Positions 27,197 through 39,376 are shown, counted from the stretch's first letter. The stretch: 64,000 nucleotides of DNA from Nitrospirota bacterium (GCA_963710375.1 CAVPZX010000002.1:672001-736000), one strand, 5' to 3'. Notes: a model not told the origin generated them from the letters alone. Numbers and translations are program-made.

Positions 27197-28920
27197 AAAA
27201 CCAGGAAATCGCAAAAATATTCAATGAAATAGCTGACCTTCTGGAGCTGAAAGGTGAGAACCCGTTCCGCATTAGGGCGTATCGCAGGGCAGCACTGAAT
27301 ATTGAGGGCTTGACAAAAAATATCGAAGAGATTTCTCATGAGGATATTCTGAATATTCCCGGAATCGGCCAGGACCTTGCTAGCAAGATGGAGGAGTACA
27401 TGAAGACAGGTATGATACAGGCATATGAAAAGCTTAAACAGGAAATACCCGGAGGATTATCCACTCTCCTTTCCATACCCGGACTTGGGCCAAAGACATC
27501 TAAATTGCTTTATGAAAAATTAAAAATTACAAACATCGAAGAACTCGAAAAATTTGCATCGGAGCATAAACTGGCTGGCTTGCCGGGGATAAAGGAAAAG
27601 ACGGAAGAAAATATTTTAAAGGGGATAGATATGCTGAAAAGGGGTAGGGAGCGTCAGCCCCTTGGCAAGGTGCTTCCTGTTGCAAAGGACATCCTTGGGT
27701 ATCTTAAGGAAAAAGCCCCTGTGGAAAAAATCGATCTTGCAGGGAGTTTAAGGAGATGGAAAGATACGATCAAAGATATTGATATCCTCGCAATGTCAGA
27801 CGATCCAAATGAGGTGATGAACGTATTTGTACATCTTCCCAATGTAAAAGAAATATTGATGCACGGACCAACAAGGTCCAGCATAATAACTCAGCAAAAC
27901 CTTCAGGTGGATTTAAGGGTTGTTGAAAGGGAATCTTATGGTGCTGCACTCACATATTTCACCGGCAGCAAGGCACACAACATAAGGCTCAGAGAGATGG
28001 CTATAAAGAAAGGGCTAAAACTAAATGAGTACGGAATATTCCGTGAAAAAAACAACAAACGGGTGGGAGGCGAAAGGGAACAGGATGTTTACGCGATATT
28101 GGGACTCCCATATATCCCACCTGAACTAAGGGAAGACCAGGGAGAGATAGAAGCAGCCCTGGCAGGAACACTTCCCAGCCTCATCACCGTAAAGGATATT
28201 AAAGGGGACCTCCATGTCCATTCCAGGTGGAGCGACGGCAGCAATTCGTTTGAAGAACTTGTAGAGGCCGCCCGGAAACACGGCTATGACTATTTTGCAC
28301 TGACTGATCATTCCCGCGGCCTTGCTGTGGCAAGAGGGCTGACAATCGAAAGGCTTATGGATCAGAAAAAAGAGATTGATGCGCTAAACAAGAAACTTAA
28401 GGGCTTCAGGATACTCCAGGCAACTGAGGTCGATATAAAGGGCGACGGCACGCTTGATTTCCCCGACGATGTTTTGGAAAAGCTCGATCTTGTCGTCGCA
28501 TCCATACATTCAGGCTTCAAACAGTCAGCGCAGCAACTTACCGGACGTATGGTTGCAGCAATGAAAAACCCTTACGTCAGCATCATCGGACATGCCTCGG
28601 TCAGGCTCATCGGCGAGAGAGAGGCATATGAGCTTGATATGGAACGCGTGTTAATGACCGCAAAAGAAACAGGCACTGCTTTTGAAATAAATGCCTACCC
28701 GCTGCGGCTTGACCTCAACGACACTTTTGCCAGAAGGGCAAAAGAAATGGGAATCCCCATAGTAATAAGCACTGACGCCCATACCATCGATCAGTTTGAC
28801 TATATGAGTTACGGAGTCTCCATCGCCAGGCGGGCGTGGCTCGAAAAAGGGGATGTCGTAAATACCTTTGGACTGAATATGTTGCTCAAGAAGCTTAAGC
28901 CCCACAAAGAACGTGAATAG
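27193..28920 (+). CDS. polX: DNA polymerase X with PHP domain
   Basis: GENPFRIRAY, AGSLRR, DIDIL, FTGSKAHN, DLHVHS, TDAH. Confidence 0.95.
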   Translation: MKNQEIAKIFNEIADLLELKGENPFRIRAYRRAALNIEGLTKNIEEISHEDILNIPGIGQDLASKMEEYMKTGMIQAYEKLKQEIPGGLSTLLSIPGLGPKTSKLLYEKLKITNIEELEKFASEHKLAGLPGIKEKTEENILKGIDMLKRGRERQPLGKVLPVAKDILGYLKEKAPVEKIDLAGSLRRWKDTIKDIDILAMSDDPNEVMNVFVHLPNVKEILMHGPTRSSIITQQNLQVDLRVVERESYGAALTYFTGSKAHNIRLREMAIKKGLKLNEYGIFREKNNKRVGGEREQDVYAILGLPYIPPELREDQGEIEAALAGTLPSLITVKDIKGDLHVHSRWSDGSNSFEELVEAARKHGYDYFALTDHSRGLAVARGLTIERLMDQKKEIDALNKKLKGFRILQATEVDIKGDGTLDFPDDVLEKLDLVVASIHSGFKQSAQQLTGRMVAAMKNPYVSIIGHASVRLIGEREAYELDMERVLMTAKETGTAFEINAYPLRLDLNDTFARRAKEMGIPIVISTDAHTIDQFDYMSYGVSIARRAWLEKGDVVNTFGLNMLLKKLKPHKERE

Positions 28921-28998
28921 TGAATGGTGAATAGTGAACAAAAACAGACAAAGATAACTGCATACTTTTCAATTCACCATTCACCATTCACCTTTCAC
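28913..28998. repeat. Heptamer-period inverted repeat element
   Basis: GTGAATA-GTGAATG-GTGAATA-GTGAACA ... AATTCAC-CATTCAC-CATTCAC-CTTTCAC. Confidence 0.88.
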
Positions 28999-29783
28999 GT
29001 TTTATACTTCCTGAAATACGAGGCCAAAACCTTCTCTACATTCTGTATAATGCTATCCTTAGCGTTTATTATATAAATCTTAGGCATGTCGCCGGTGATA
29101 TCCACTATCTCGAAAAGCTCCTTTTCCATCCTTTCCACCGCGGGCGGCGCCGTGAACCTCCTCCTCAGTTCTTCTTCGAACATTGGAACCATTTTATCCT
29201 TCATGCGCAGCTCGGTATCCATGAAAAAGACGGATATCTCGGGCACCAGGTAATAAACCCTGTCGAGAAATGCCTTCACTTCATTCTGGTATATCTGTTT
29301 CGGGGGCGAAGACTTTATTTCCATGTAAAGGATAGACCCGTCGATCTTTGCCAGGAGATCATAATCGCCTCCTATTGCAGGCCGCTTCATCTTGACTCCC
29401 CAAACAGCCTCAGTCGAAAGTTCCCGCCTGAAGAATTCAGCCACAAACCATTCCAGTGTGGTGCCGAAACTTTTGATCGGACCATTTGCCAGAATATAGG
29501 CATTATCCCCGCAGGCGATAAGACCGATCTTCGACAAATAGGTTATATACTCTTGCGTAACTTCCCTTGTGGCATACCGCACAACCTGCGCAGCTGTAAA
29601 TGACGGCTGATGTTTGATAATGTCGCGCAGAAAAAGCCTGAAGGAATATTTCTTGAGCATCTCATAATACCCGTCAAGAAATTTTTCATCCGGGACCATG
29701 AGGTCATCGCGGGGTTCTTTCTTGTAAATAATGAAACCCCGCCTTTTGAGCACTACCGAAAGAGGAGGGGTAAGCTCGTGCAA
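28995..29783 (-). CDS. Hypothetical protein with a PD-(D/E)xK-like motif
   Basis: LEWFVAE...GGDYDLLA...YMEIKS; start uncertain. Confidence 0.7.
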   Translation of the reverse strand: MHELTPPLSVVLKRRGFIIYKKEPRDDLMVPDEKFLDGYYEMLKKYSFRLFLRDIIKHQPSFTAAQVVRYATREVTQEYITYLSKIGLIACGDNAYILANGPIKSFGTTLEWFVAEFFRRELSTEAVWGVKMKRPAIGGDYDLLAKIDGSILYMEIKSSPPKQIYQNEVKAFLDRVYYLVPEISVFFMDTELRMKDKMVPMFEEELRRRFTAPPAVERMEKELFEIVDITGDMPKIYIINAKDSIIQNVEKVLASYFRKYKT

Positions 29784-29848
29784 GGACTTCCTGAGCCGAC
29801 TAATTTCCGCCCTGAGGAGTTCGATCTCCTGATAGAGTTCTTTAACCT

Positions 29849-30241
29849 CTAAACTATTTTTACCAGTACCCGTCTGTGCCTCGGCCCGTCAAACTCGCAA
29901 AAATAAATGGACTGCCATGTGCCCAGGAGAAGTTTGCCATCTTCAATCAAAATAATTTGTGCGGACCCTACAAGCGTAGATTTTATATGGGCCGCAGAGT
30001 TCCCCTCCATGTGATTATAATCTCCCTCAAAAGGAACCAGCCGGTTCAAGGATGCGATGATGTCTCTCTTAACAGCCGGGTCAGCGCCTTCATTAATGGT
30101 AACTCCTGCAGTCGTATGCGGAACATATATATGGCACACGCCCTGCTGAACACCCGATTCTTTTATAAGTGACCTTATATCTTCCGTTATATCAATAAAT
30201 TCCGTTTTGGACTTGCTTTTGACATTCAGTGCCTTAGACAT
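29849..30241 (-). CDS. yjbQ: YjbQ/UPF0047 family protein
   Basis: PHTTAGVTINE, GNSAAHIK, LGTWQ, EFDGPR. Confidence 0.93.
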   Translation of the reverse strand: MSKALNVKSKSKTEFIDITEDIRSLIKESGVQQGVCHIYVPHTTAGVTINEGADPAVKRDIIASLNRLVPFEGDYNHMEGNSAAHIKSTLVGSAQIILIEDGKLLLGTWQSIYFCEFDGPRHRRVLVKIV

Positions 30242-30695
30242 TGCGAAGTTCCTCCCTGAGATGCCGGACCGTTTTTTTTAATACTGGATGCCATTTGTCA
30301 GGTGCTATCTCAGAAAGCGGAAGAAGTACAAACTCCCTCTTCTGAAGCAGCGGATGAGGAATACAGAGGTCCTTTTCAGTAATAATCCTATCATCATAAA
30401 AAAGGATGTCAAGATCAATGCAGCGCGGCCCCCAGCGCTCCGCCTCCTGCCTTCCCATTTTCTTCTCAATACATTTAAGGGTAGCCAGTGCGCTTTCCGG
30501 ACACAGGTCTGTTTCAGCGATTACCGCCATATTTAAAAAGGGGGGCTGTTCTTTCACTCCCCACGGCTCGGTCTCATAAAGTGAGGATTCTTTTGTTACC
30601 ACAATGCCGCTTTCGTTCATCAGCTTTACAGCATGCATGCAATTGGCCCTTCTGTCCCCCATATTCGAGCCGATCCCAATATACACTGTAGCCAT
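30234..30695 (-). CDS. folK: 6-hydroxymethyl-7,8-dihydropterin pyrophosphokinase
   Basis: GIGSNMGD, RWGPRCIDLDIL, IPHP, REFVL. Confidence 0.96.
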   Translation of the reverse strand: MATVYIGIGSNMGDRRANCMHAVKLMNESGIVVTKESSLYETEPWGVKEQPPFLNMAVIAETDLCPESALATLKCIEKKMGRQEAERWGPRCIDLDILFYDDRIITEKDLCIPHPLLQKREFVLLPLSEIAPDKWHPVLKKTVRHLREELRNV

Positions 30696-30715
30696 CTCAA
30701 ATCCGTCTTGATGCG

Positions 30716-31882
30716 CTATAACGCGTTTTTTATCCTATCCAGTGCCTCTTCAATCCTTTGCGTTGACTGCGTGAGTGCAAAACGTATATACCCCTCTCCG
30801 GGCGCGCCAAAGCCGACGCCAGGTGTCACAAGCACTCCTGTTTTTTCGAGTAAATGCGCTGCAAAGACAGTAGAATTAAAACCGGAAGGTACCTTCGTCC
30901 ATATGTAAAACGTCGCTTCGGGTTTTTTAAGCTGGAACCCCAGTCCAGTGAGTCCATTAAAAAGTATGTCCCTGCGTTCCTGGTAGGTATTCCTGATCCA
31001 TGAGAGCATATTTTCGTTTGTTTTAAGCGCTGCAGCCCCAGCCTCCTGGATTGCCTGAAAGACACCCGAATCAAGGTTCGTCTTGATCTTCCCAAGCCCG
31101 GCTATAACATCCCTGTTTCCAACGGCAAACCCAATTCTCCATCCTGTCATGTTGTACGTTTTCGAGAGAGAATGGAATTCTATGCCTACCTCCTTGGCCC
31201 CATCAAGTTCGAGGAAGCTCAACGGCTTCTTACCGTTGTAATATATTTCGGAATATGCGGCGTCATGACAGATTATTATGTTATTTTTTTCTGCAAACGA
31301 AATCGCCATCTTAAAAAAATCTCTCCGGCCCACCGCAGCAGTTGGATTATTGGGATAATTCAAGAACATTAGTTTCGCGCGCTTGCAAACCGAATCGGGA
31401 ATTACATCGAGATCCGGAAGGAAATCGTTCTCCTCCAGGAGCGGCATAATGTACGGCTCCCCCTCGGCAAAGACCGTTCCCACCGGGTAGACGGGATAAC
31501 CGGGTGAAGGCACAAGCACCACATCGCCTGGATTGATAAAAGCCATGGGGATGTGACCGATGCCTTCCTTGGAACCGATCAACGATATAACCTCTTCCTT
31601 CATGTCAAGGTCTACATTGAACCGCTTCCCGTACCATCCTGCAACCGCCTCCCTGAATAACAGCATCCCCTCATAAGAAGGATAACGGTGGTATTCGGGA
31701 TTATCCACCGCATTTTTCATTGCATCGATTATATGTCCAGGCGTGGGTATGTCGGGGTCTCCAATGCTGAGATCTATGAGGTCAACTCCTCTTGAGACAG
31801 CCTCCTGTTTCATCCTGTCAATTGAGGCAAAAAGATATGGGGGCAAGCTCTTGACACGGTCTGCAAGCTGGACTTTAATCAT
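30716..31882 (-). CDS. dapL: Class I aminotransferase, probable LL-diaminopimelate aminotransferase
   Basis: GSKEG, NYPNNPT, HDAAYSE, SLSKTYNMTGWRIG. Confidence 0.82.
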   Translation of the reverse strand: MIKVQLADRVKSLPPYLFASIDRMKQEAVSRGVDLIDLSIGDPDIPTPGHIIDAMKNAVDNPEYHRYPSYEGMLLFREAVAGWYGKRFNVDLDMKEEVISLIGSKEGIGHIPMAFINPGDVVLVPSPGYPVYPVGTVFAEGEPYIMPLLEENDFLPDLDVIPDSVCKRAKLMFLNYPNNPTAAVGRRDFFKMAISFAEKNNIIICHDAAYSEIYYNGKKPLSFLELDGAKEVGIEFHSLSKTYNMTGWRIGFAVGNRDVIAGLGKIKTNLDSGVFQAIQEAGAAALKTNENMLSWIRNTYQERRDILFNGLTGLGFQLKKPEATFYIWTKVPSGFNSTVFAAHLLEKTGVLVTPGVGFGAPGEGYIRFALTQSTQRIEEALDRIKNAL

Positions 31883-31963
31883 TAATTATTCCTTTATGTT
31901 TTATCTGGGACAAATGAACAGTACTAAGAAAAAGGGCTTTGAGTCTTTCTTTATAAATATTGC

Positions 31964-32329
31964 TTAATAGCCTTGCTTTTGCTGCTTTGCAGGTTCTACA
32001 CCTTTTTTCTCGGTCTTTGCCGGTTTAATCTTTATATAGCGCGCAATGTTCTTACCTTCGATCTCAGCATATTTCAGCGTAACCTTGTCGCCCACTTTAA
32101 TATCAGAAAGAGTTTTCTTTTCTTTATTCATTTTAACCACTGTTTTATCATCCGCAGTAATAACCACTTCAGCTTTTTTCCCTTTTACCGTCAAAGTCTT
32201 GATCGCCACATCGATAGTAACAACATCTCCTGTAATTTGTTTAACAATTACCTTATCGGCTGCAATGGCGCTGCCTATAATGAAAAAAGCAACAAGAAAG
32301 CAAATTATATACAAGAGTGGCTTTTTCAT
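31964..32329 (-). CDS. Secreted Lys-rich beta-rich (OB-fold-like) hypothetical protein
   Basis: Signal peptide ending AIA; LSDIKVGDKVTLKY; GGGAGG RBS. Confidence 0.75.
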   Translation of the reverse strand: MKKPLLYIICFLVAFFIIGSAIAADKVIVKQITGDVVTIDVAIKTLTVKGKKAEVVITADDKTVVKMNKEKKTLSDIKVGDKVTLKYAEIEGKNIARYIKIKPAKTEKKGVEPAKQQKQGY

Positions 32330-32362
32330 AATGCCTCCCCTTAAATTGAGTTAAATATAAAT

Positions 32363-32400
32363 AAGGGCAGGTGTTAATCAAACCACGAACACCTGCCCTT
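32363..32400 (-). terminator. Hairpin terminator/attenuator between the two small genes
   Basis: Perfect 13-bp stem AAGGGCAGGTGTT / AACACCTGCCCTT. Confidence 0.75.
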
Positions 32401-32418
32401 TGTGATAAAAAGAGATTA

Positions 32419-32637
32419 CTATTTCGCCGGAGCTGCCGGTTTCTCTTCTTCTTTCTTTTCTGCCTTCTTCTTCATAGCCTTCTTCTTCGTAGCCTTCTTC
32501 TTCGCAGGAGCCTTCTTCTCCATCTTCTCAGCGGCAGGCTTTTCTGTTGCCGGTGCTGTAGCATCAGCTGCAAAAGCTACTGTGGATATGCCAAGTGCAA
32601 AAAGAACTGCTATTACTAATGACATTATTTTCTTCAT
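32419..32637 (-). CDS. Small secreted Lys/Ala/Glu-rich low-complexity protein
   Basis: Signal peptide ending AFA, then KKA repeats; strong GGAGGTG RBS. Confidence 0.85.
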   Translation of the reverse strand: MKKIMSLVIAVLFALGISTVAFAADATAPATEKPAAEKMEKKAPAKKKATKKKAMKKKAEKKEEEKPAAPAK

Positions 32638-32690
32638 TCTGATTCACCTCCTTTTTTTTCCCCTAATTTTTGATGCTTGCCAGATTAACA

Positions 32691-32707
32691 AGCAATAATT
32701 GTACCAA
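32691..32707 (-). promoter_or_regulatory. sigma54 -24/-12 promoter
   Basis: Minus strand TTGGTACAATTATTGCT (GG-N10-GC). Confidence 0.75.
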
Positions 32708-32879
32708 TCTAAATGAAAAGACTCATCCAGTTCTCAGTCAAGCTCCAAATTTTAAATGTTGGATGCTACAAGGTTGATTTAATAAAAAAATCGATAAGTT
32801 ATCATCCAAAATTCAACATTAGAACATGACTTGCGAGTCTCTGTTAGCGGGGGACAGGGAAGCTCAAGGCCATATATTG

Positions 32880-34281
32880 CTACAGATTATTTCCTTTTTC
32901 AGGGGATATATCCTCATTTGGGGATATATCCTGTAAGCCAAACTTCTCAAGCCTGTACCAAAAAGTTTTATAAGTCATGCCGAGCAGCCGTGCCGCCTTC
33001 GCTGCTATATTGTTCGATTTAATCATAGCCTTTTTAATAAGTTCTTTTTCAAGCATTTCAAAGTTAATTCCATCGTCAGGCAATTCAAAGTTTATGACGC
33101 CTTTTTCTGAAGTAAGCCGCAGACTCATCCCGTATGTCATTAATATTTATTGTTTCTCCATCACCCATTAGTACCGACCGCTCAATTACAAATTCAAGCT
33201 GCCTGATGTTGCCGGGCCAAAAATAATCCATTAGCGCCTTCATTGCCCCATCGCTCACCCCTCTCACTTTTTTCCCGAATTCCTTATTATATTTATCGAT
33301 AAAAAAGCTTGATAGAGCCGGAATGTCCTCCTTTCGTTCTCTCAATGGAGGAAGCTCAACAGTCACAACCTTGAGCCGATAGTAGAGATCATCCCTGAAT
33401 CTTCCCTTTGAGACTTCTCTCTCCAGGTTCTTGTTGGTAGCCGCTATTATCCTGATATCAACCTTAATGCTGTCCTTTCCTCCAAGCCTCCTGACTTCCT
33501 TGTCATGCATGACTCTCAAAATTTTTGTTTGGGTCAGGAGCGGCAGGTCCCCTATTTCGTCAAGGAAGAGAGTGCCCCGGTCGCCTGCTTCGAAAAGCCC
33601 CTGCTTGCGATAGGCGGCGCCTGTAAAAGCGCCCGGCTCGTAACCGAATAATTCGCTTTCTATAAGATTCTCAGGGATAGCCGCACAATTAATTGCGATA
33701 AAAGGGCTTGTCCTTCTTGTGCTGTTATAATGTATTGCCTTTGCAATAAGTTCCTTTCCTGTCCCGCTTTCTCCATATATCAAGACCGTGACTGCTGTAG
33801 GCGTGACCTTTTTAGCTATTTCAATGACCTCTCTCATCTTTTTGGAGCTGCCCACGATGCCTTCCATTTTAAATTTGCCGAAAAGGGCATCTTGCAGTCT
33901 AAGATTATCCTTGAGCAGGTGCATCCTTTCCACCGCTTTCTTGATGGTGAGGATTATGACTTCTTTATCAAGAGGTTTTGTGAGGTAGTCAAATGCGCCC
34001 TTTTTGATTGCTTCAACAGCAGATGAGATAGTGCCGAAAGCCGTCATAATAATTACCGTAGGCTTGAGACAATCTTCCGGCAATGCCTCCAGAAGTTGTA
34101 CGCCGCTCATGCCACTCATCTTCAGGTCGGTTATCACGACATCCGGGCTAAGTGCTTTTATATGCTCAAGCCCCTCCTCGGCCGATGATGCAGTGAACGT
34201 CTCGTATCCCTCATCATCAAGGATGGTTTTGATTATTTCACGCTGGCGCTGCTCGTCATCTATAACCACTATGGAAGCCAT
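32880..34281 (-). CDS. sigma54-dependent response regulator (NtrC family), +1 frameshift near 33123 separates the Fis HTH
   Basis: REC domain, GESGTGKE, GAFTGA, WPGNIRQL; shifted frame has AARLLGMTYKTFWYRLEK. Confidence 0.92.
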
Positions 34282-34310
34282 GCAACCTCACTTGTTCTTG
34301 TATTATGCAT

Positions 34311-35753
34311 TTACCTTACAGTGGGCAATGGGAGAGCAAGCCTTACTTCGCTTCCCTCTCCAACAACGCTACTCAACTCAACTTTGCCCCCATGTTCTTC
34401 CATAACCCTTCTGGTCATCGGCAGGCCCAGGCCAAGCCCATCTTGTTTGGTCGAAAAGAACGGCTCAAATATCTTTTCTAAATCCTCCGGCTTCACGCCT
34501 TTCCCGTTATCGCTGATAGTCAGGACAAAAATATCATTCACAATCTCTTCTTTAATTCTGAGGACACCTGCCTTATCCGACGACCCCATTGAGTGAAAGG
34601 CGTTGGTAATGACATTCAGAATGCAGGATTTAAATAGATCAGGGTCCACGTAAAGCTCCACCTCCAAAGAGTTGTCCCTGATAATATTTATGTGATCAGC
34701 TTCCGCCTTTGCCCAGATCAGGGCGAGCACATCTTCCAGCAGCGCCGTAAAACTCAAATATTCTTTTTTCAGCTTGAACGGTCTGCTGTAATCGAGGAAA
34801 TTGCTCACCAGCTTGTTGAGCCTGTGTATCTCCTGCTTTATCCCGCTGATGAGATGATCGAACCTCTCCTTCTCTTCCGCGATGCCGGGTCTGTATTTCT
34901 CCCCCAGATGGTCCACGCCGAGATTGATAAAGTTGAGGGGATTTCTTATTTCATGGGCCATGCTCCTGGAGAGTTGCCCCAATCCTGAGAGATGTTCAGC
35001 CTCCCGGAGCCGCTCCTCAAGGGTGCGGGTTTCCCTCAGCTTGGCGACCATGAAGTTGAATGTATCGGAAAGCTGGCCGATTTCATCATTGCTCTGAACA
35101 GGTATTTTTTGATTCAGGTCGCCGGCAGCAACCCTCATCGAGGCGTCAACCACTCTCTGGATAGGGCGCGTATAACGCTTGGAAAAAGACACTATCATAA
35201 TAATGCCGATTCCAAAAACAAATATTGTCGCAAGAATTCTCTTAATCGTGTTCGCTCTCAGGATGTCGGAGAAATCGTCCCTGTTGACTCTCAGGTGGAC
35301 ATATCCGTATTGTGTATCGCCTGCAATGACCGGCACTATAACGTTATATGTATGGCCTTCATCCGCCGAAACCGGTTCGCCCAGTTCAGCCTTGATAATG
35401 AGCTCCTTTTTCCTGTGAGTCAGGGCCTGCCCAATTTTCGATGGATTAGTGCTGGCAACTATTTCATGCGCATTACTGATAATTGATATTTCCTTGACCC
35501 CTTTGGCATTAAGGCCCGTGAGATATTTGGACAACCGCGCCTCGTCAGTGGCGCCGGATCCTGTTACTTCTTCAACTCCGATCTGTATCGCTTTGGTGAG
35601 CTCTGTGGTCTGGCGCTCTACTTCACGGGAAAGGTCCTTCTCGGACTGAGAATAAAAAAACATAAGCATGCCAATCATAATAAAACTCAGCAGGAGCATC
35701 ATCAGGCTAAGCTTCTTGTTCAGCGAGAACTTAAACGAATTGCCCTGAAACAT
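34311..35753 (-). CDS. HAMP-domain sensor histidine kinase
   Basis: Two TM segments, DEIGQL, AHEIRNPL, GLGLGL. Confidence 0.94.
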   Translation of the reverse strand: MFQGNSFKFSLNKKLSLMMLLLSFIMIGMLMFFYSQSEKDLSREVERQTTELTKAIQIGVEEVTGSGATDEARLSKYLTGLNAKGVKEISIISNAHEIVASTNPSKIGQALTHRKKELIIKAELGEPVSADEGHTYNVIVPVIAGDTQYGYVHLRVNRDDFSDILRANTIKRILATIFVFGIGIIMIVSFSKRYTRPIQRVVDASMRVAAGDLNQKIPVQSNDEIGQLSDTFNFMVAKLRETRTLEERLREAEHLSGLGQLSRSMAHEIRNPLNFINLGVDHLGEKYRPGIAEEKERFDHLISGIKQEIHRLNKLVSNFLDYSRPFKLKKEYLSFTALLEDVLALIWAKAEADHINIIRDNSLEVELYVDPDLFKSCILNVITNAFHSMGSSDKAGVLRIKEEIVNDIFVLTISDNGKGVKPEDLEKIFEPFFSTKQDGLGLGLPMTRRVMEEHGGKVELSSVVGEGSEVRLALPLPTVR

Positions 35754-35801
35754 ATTTTATTTTAACATATACACAAGACCCTGGAGCGATGGCAAGATTG
35801 G

Positions 35802-36813
35802 TTACTTCTGCAAACCGGTCCTCGGCAGAGGCTGGTTGATAGCTCCTTTGGGCTGTTCTCCATTCAAAGCCTGGACAATGTTCTCTCCTGCTTCGAAGGC
35901 GATTTTGTATCTGATAGCATCAACTGCCGAGCCGAGATGGGGAGTGAAAAAAGTACGTTCCTCTTTCAGAAGCATGCCTGAAATGCCTGAAGGACGGTCC
36001 ACGCGCGCCCAGTCTTCCATCTCAAACACATCAGCAGCATATCCTGCCAGATGGCCTGACGCGACCGCCTCGGCAACGGCAGTTTCATCAACCACCGAGC
36101 CGCGACAGGCATTAATCAGAAAACTTCCAGGCCTCATTTGTGCGATGGCCTGTGCGTTAATGAGATATTTGGTTTCCGCTGTGAGCGGTACCATGGGGAC
36201 TACGAAATCACTTGCCTCTAATAGTTCCTCAAGAGACACCCGAGTGAGGCCCCAGGCCTTTTCCTTCTCCATTGGCAGAGGGAGAGGGTCGGTGTAAAGC
36301 ACTTTCATGTCAAAACCGGCGAGTCTTATTGCCACTGCCTGACCTACCGCACCCATGCCTATAATCCCAAGAGCATGGCCGGCCAGCCCCGTACCATAAA
36401 GGATAGGACGCCAGCCATTGAATTTGCCGCTCCTAATATAATTATCCCCTTCAAAAAAGCGGCGGCTGAGCGCAATAATCAATCCGATAGTGAGTTCAGT
36501 CTGTTGGCACCGTTAGGAAATCCCTGACAATGGTGAACCAGATGCCCCTCTGCGTACAGGCAGCCACATCAAAATTGTCGTACCCTTTTAAAGCTGCGGC
36601 GACGATCTTCAAATCCGGGCATTCGGCCAGAAAACTGTCGTCAATACAGTCCGGCATAAATACCATAAGCGCCTGCGCGTGTCGTGCCCGGCTCAGGACC
36701 TCCGCGCGAGGAAGGGTCTCACGGCTTTCGTTGGGGATGACCTCGTATGAGTCGCTCAAAAACTCAATAACTTCCGGATGCACCCAATGGGTAATGACAA
36801 CGAGCGGTTTCAT
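35802..36813 (-). CDS. ptxD: Phosphite dehydrogenase, split by a +1 insertion at about 36500
   Basis: [14 protein letters not shown](A)ELTIGL across the shift, [37 protein letters not shown]. Confidence 0.9.
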
Positions 36814-36843
36814 AAGCTTTCTGGCTTCTCTGTACCCCCCTTT

Positions 36844-37659
36844 TTATTTGAAGCTCCTGCGAAGGTATGCTCCCAACCCATCAACTACGGTAACCATTAT
36901 TAAAATGATGATCAGGAGCGCTGAGACATCTCTATATTGCATTATGCGGAGCGATCCCATTAATTCAGTTCCGATTCCTCCCGCGCCTACCATTCCCATG
37001 ACCGTAGAGGCCCTGAAATTGTACTCCCACCGGTAGAGCGAAACATCCGCCATCTGGGGGAATGTCTGGGGCAGGACTCCGTGGAGGATTATCTGCATCG
37101 GACTGGCCCCTGCTGACTTGACCGCTTCTATGAACTCTTTGTCCACATGTTCTATCGATTCAGAAAAAAATTTCCCGACCATGCCGACAGAGTGTAGGCC
37201 GAGCGCCAGCACTCCGGGCAATGCGCCGAATCCTACTGAGGCGACAAAAATAATACCCATTATCAATTCCGGGATAGAACGCAGTCCGTTCAGAATTCCG
37301 CGTGCCGCGTGGTATGCAACAGGATGTGGGGTGGTATTGCTCGCCGCCAAAATCCCCAATGGCAGCGACAAGGCGATTGCCAATGCTGTACCCGCTACAC
37401 TCATGGCAAATGTATCGAACAGGGGTTTTGCCCAACTGCGTGCATCGCTGAAATCCGGAGGCAGGCTTTCACCGATAAGGCTGAAAATGCTCGGTATCCC
37501 CTCCGAAATTTTTTTTGCATCGAAAATCCCCACATACCACAAGCATGCTGCAATGAATGCAAGCCCTGCAGCGGCCTGCAGCATCGAGCGGGACCAGGTC
37601 CGCTGCTGCTGCACTATCAACCGGTCATAGGTGATTTCTATGCTGTTCCGTTCATTCAT
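36844..37659 (-). CDS. ptxC: Phosphite ABC transporter permease (PhnE-like)
   Basis: RSIPELI, YRWEYNFRAST, GAGGIG; adjacent to ptxD. Confidence 0.88.
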   Translation of the reverse strand: MNERNSIEITYDRLIVQQQRTWSRSMLQAAAGLAFIAACLWYVGIFDAKKISEGIPSIFSLIGESLPPDFSDARSWAKPLFDTFAMSVAGTALAIALSLPLGILAASNTTPHPVAYHAARGILNGLRSIPELIMGIIFVASVGFGALPGVLALGLHSVGMVGKFFSESIEHVDKEFIEAVKSAGASPMQIILHGVLPQTFPQMADVSLYRWEYNFRASTVMGMVGAGGIGTELMGSLRIMQYRDVSALLIIILIMVTVVDGLGAYLRRSFK

Positions 37660-37664
37660 TTCTG

Positions 37665-39376
<1,712 letters not shown>

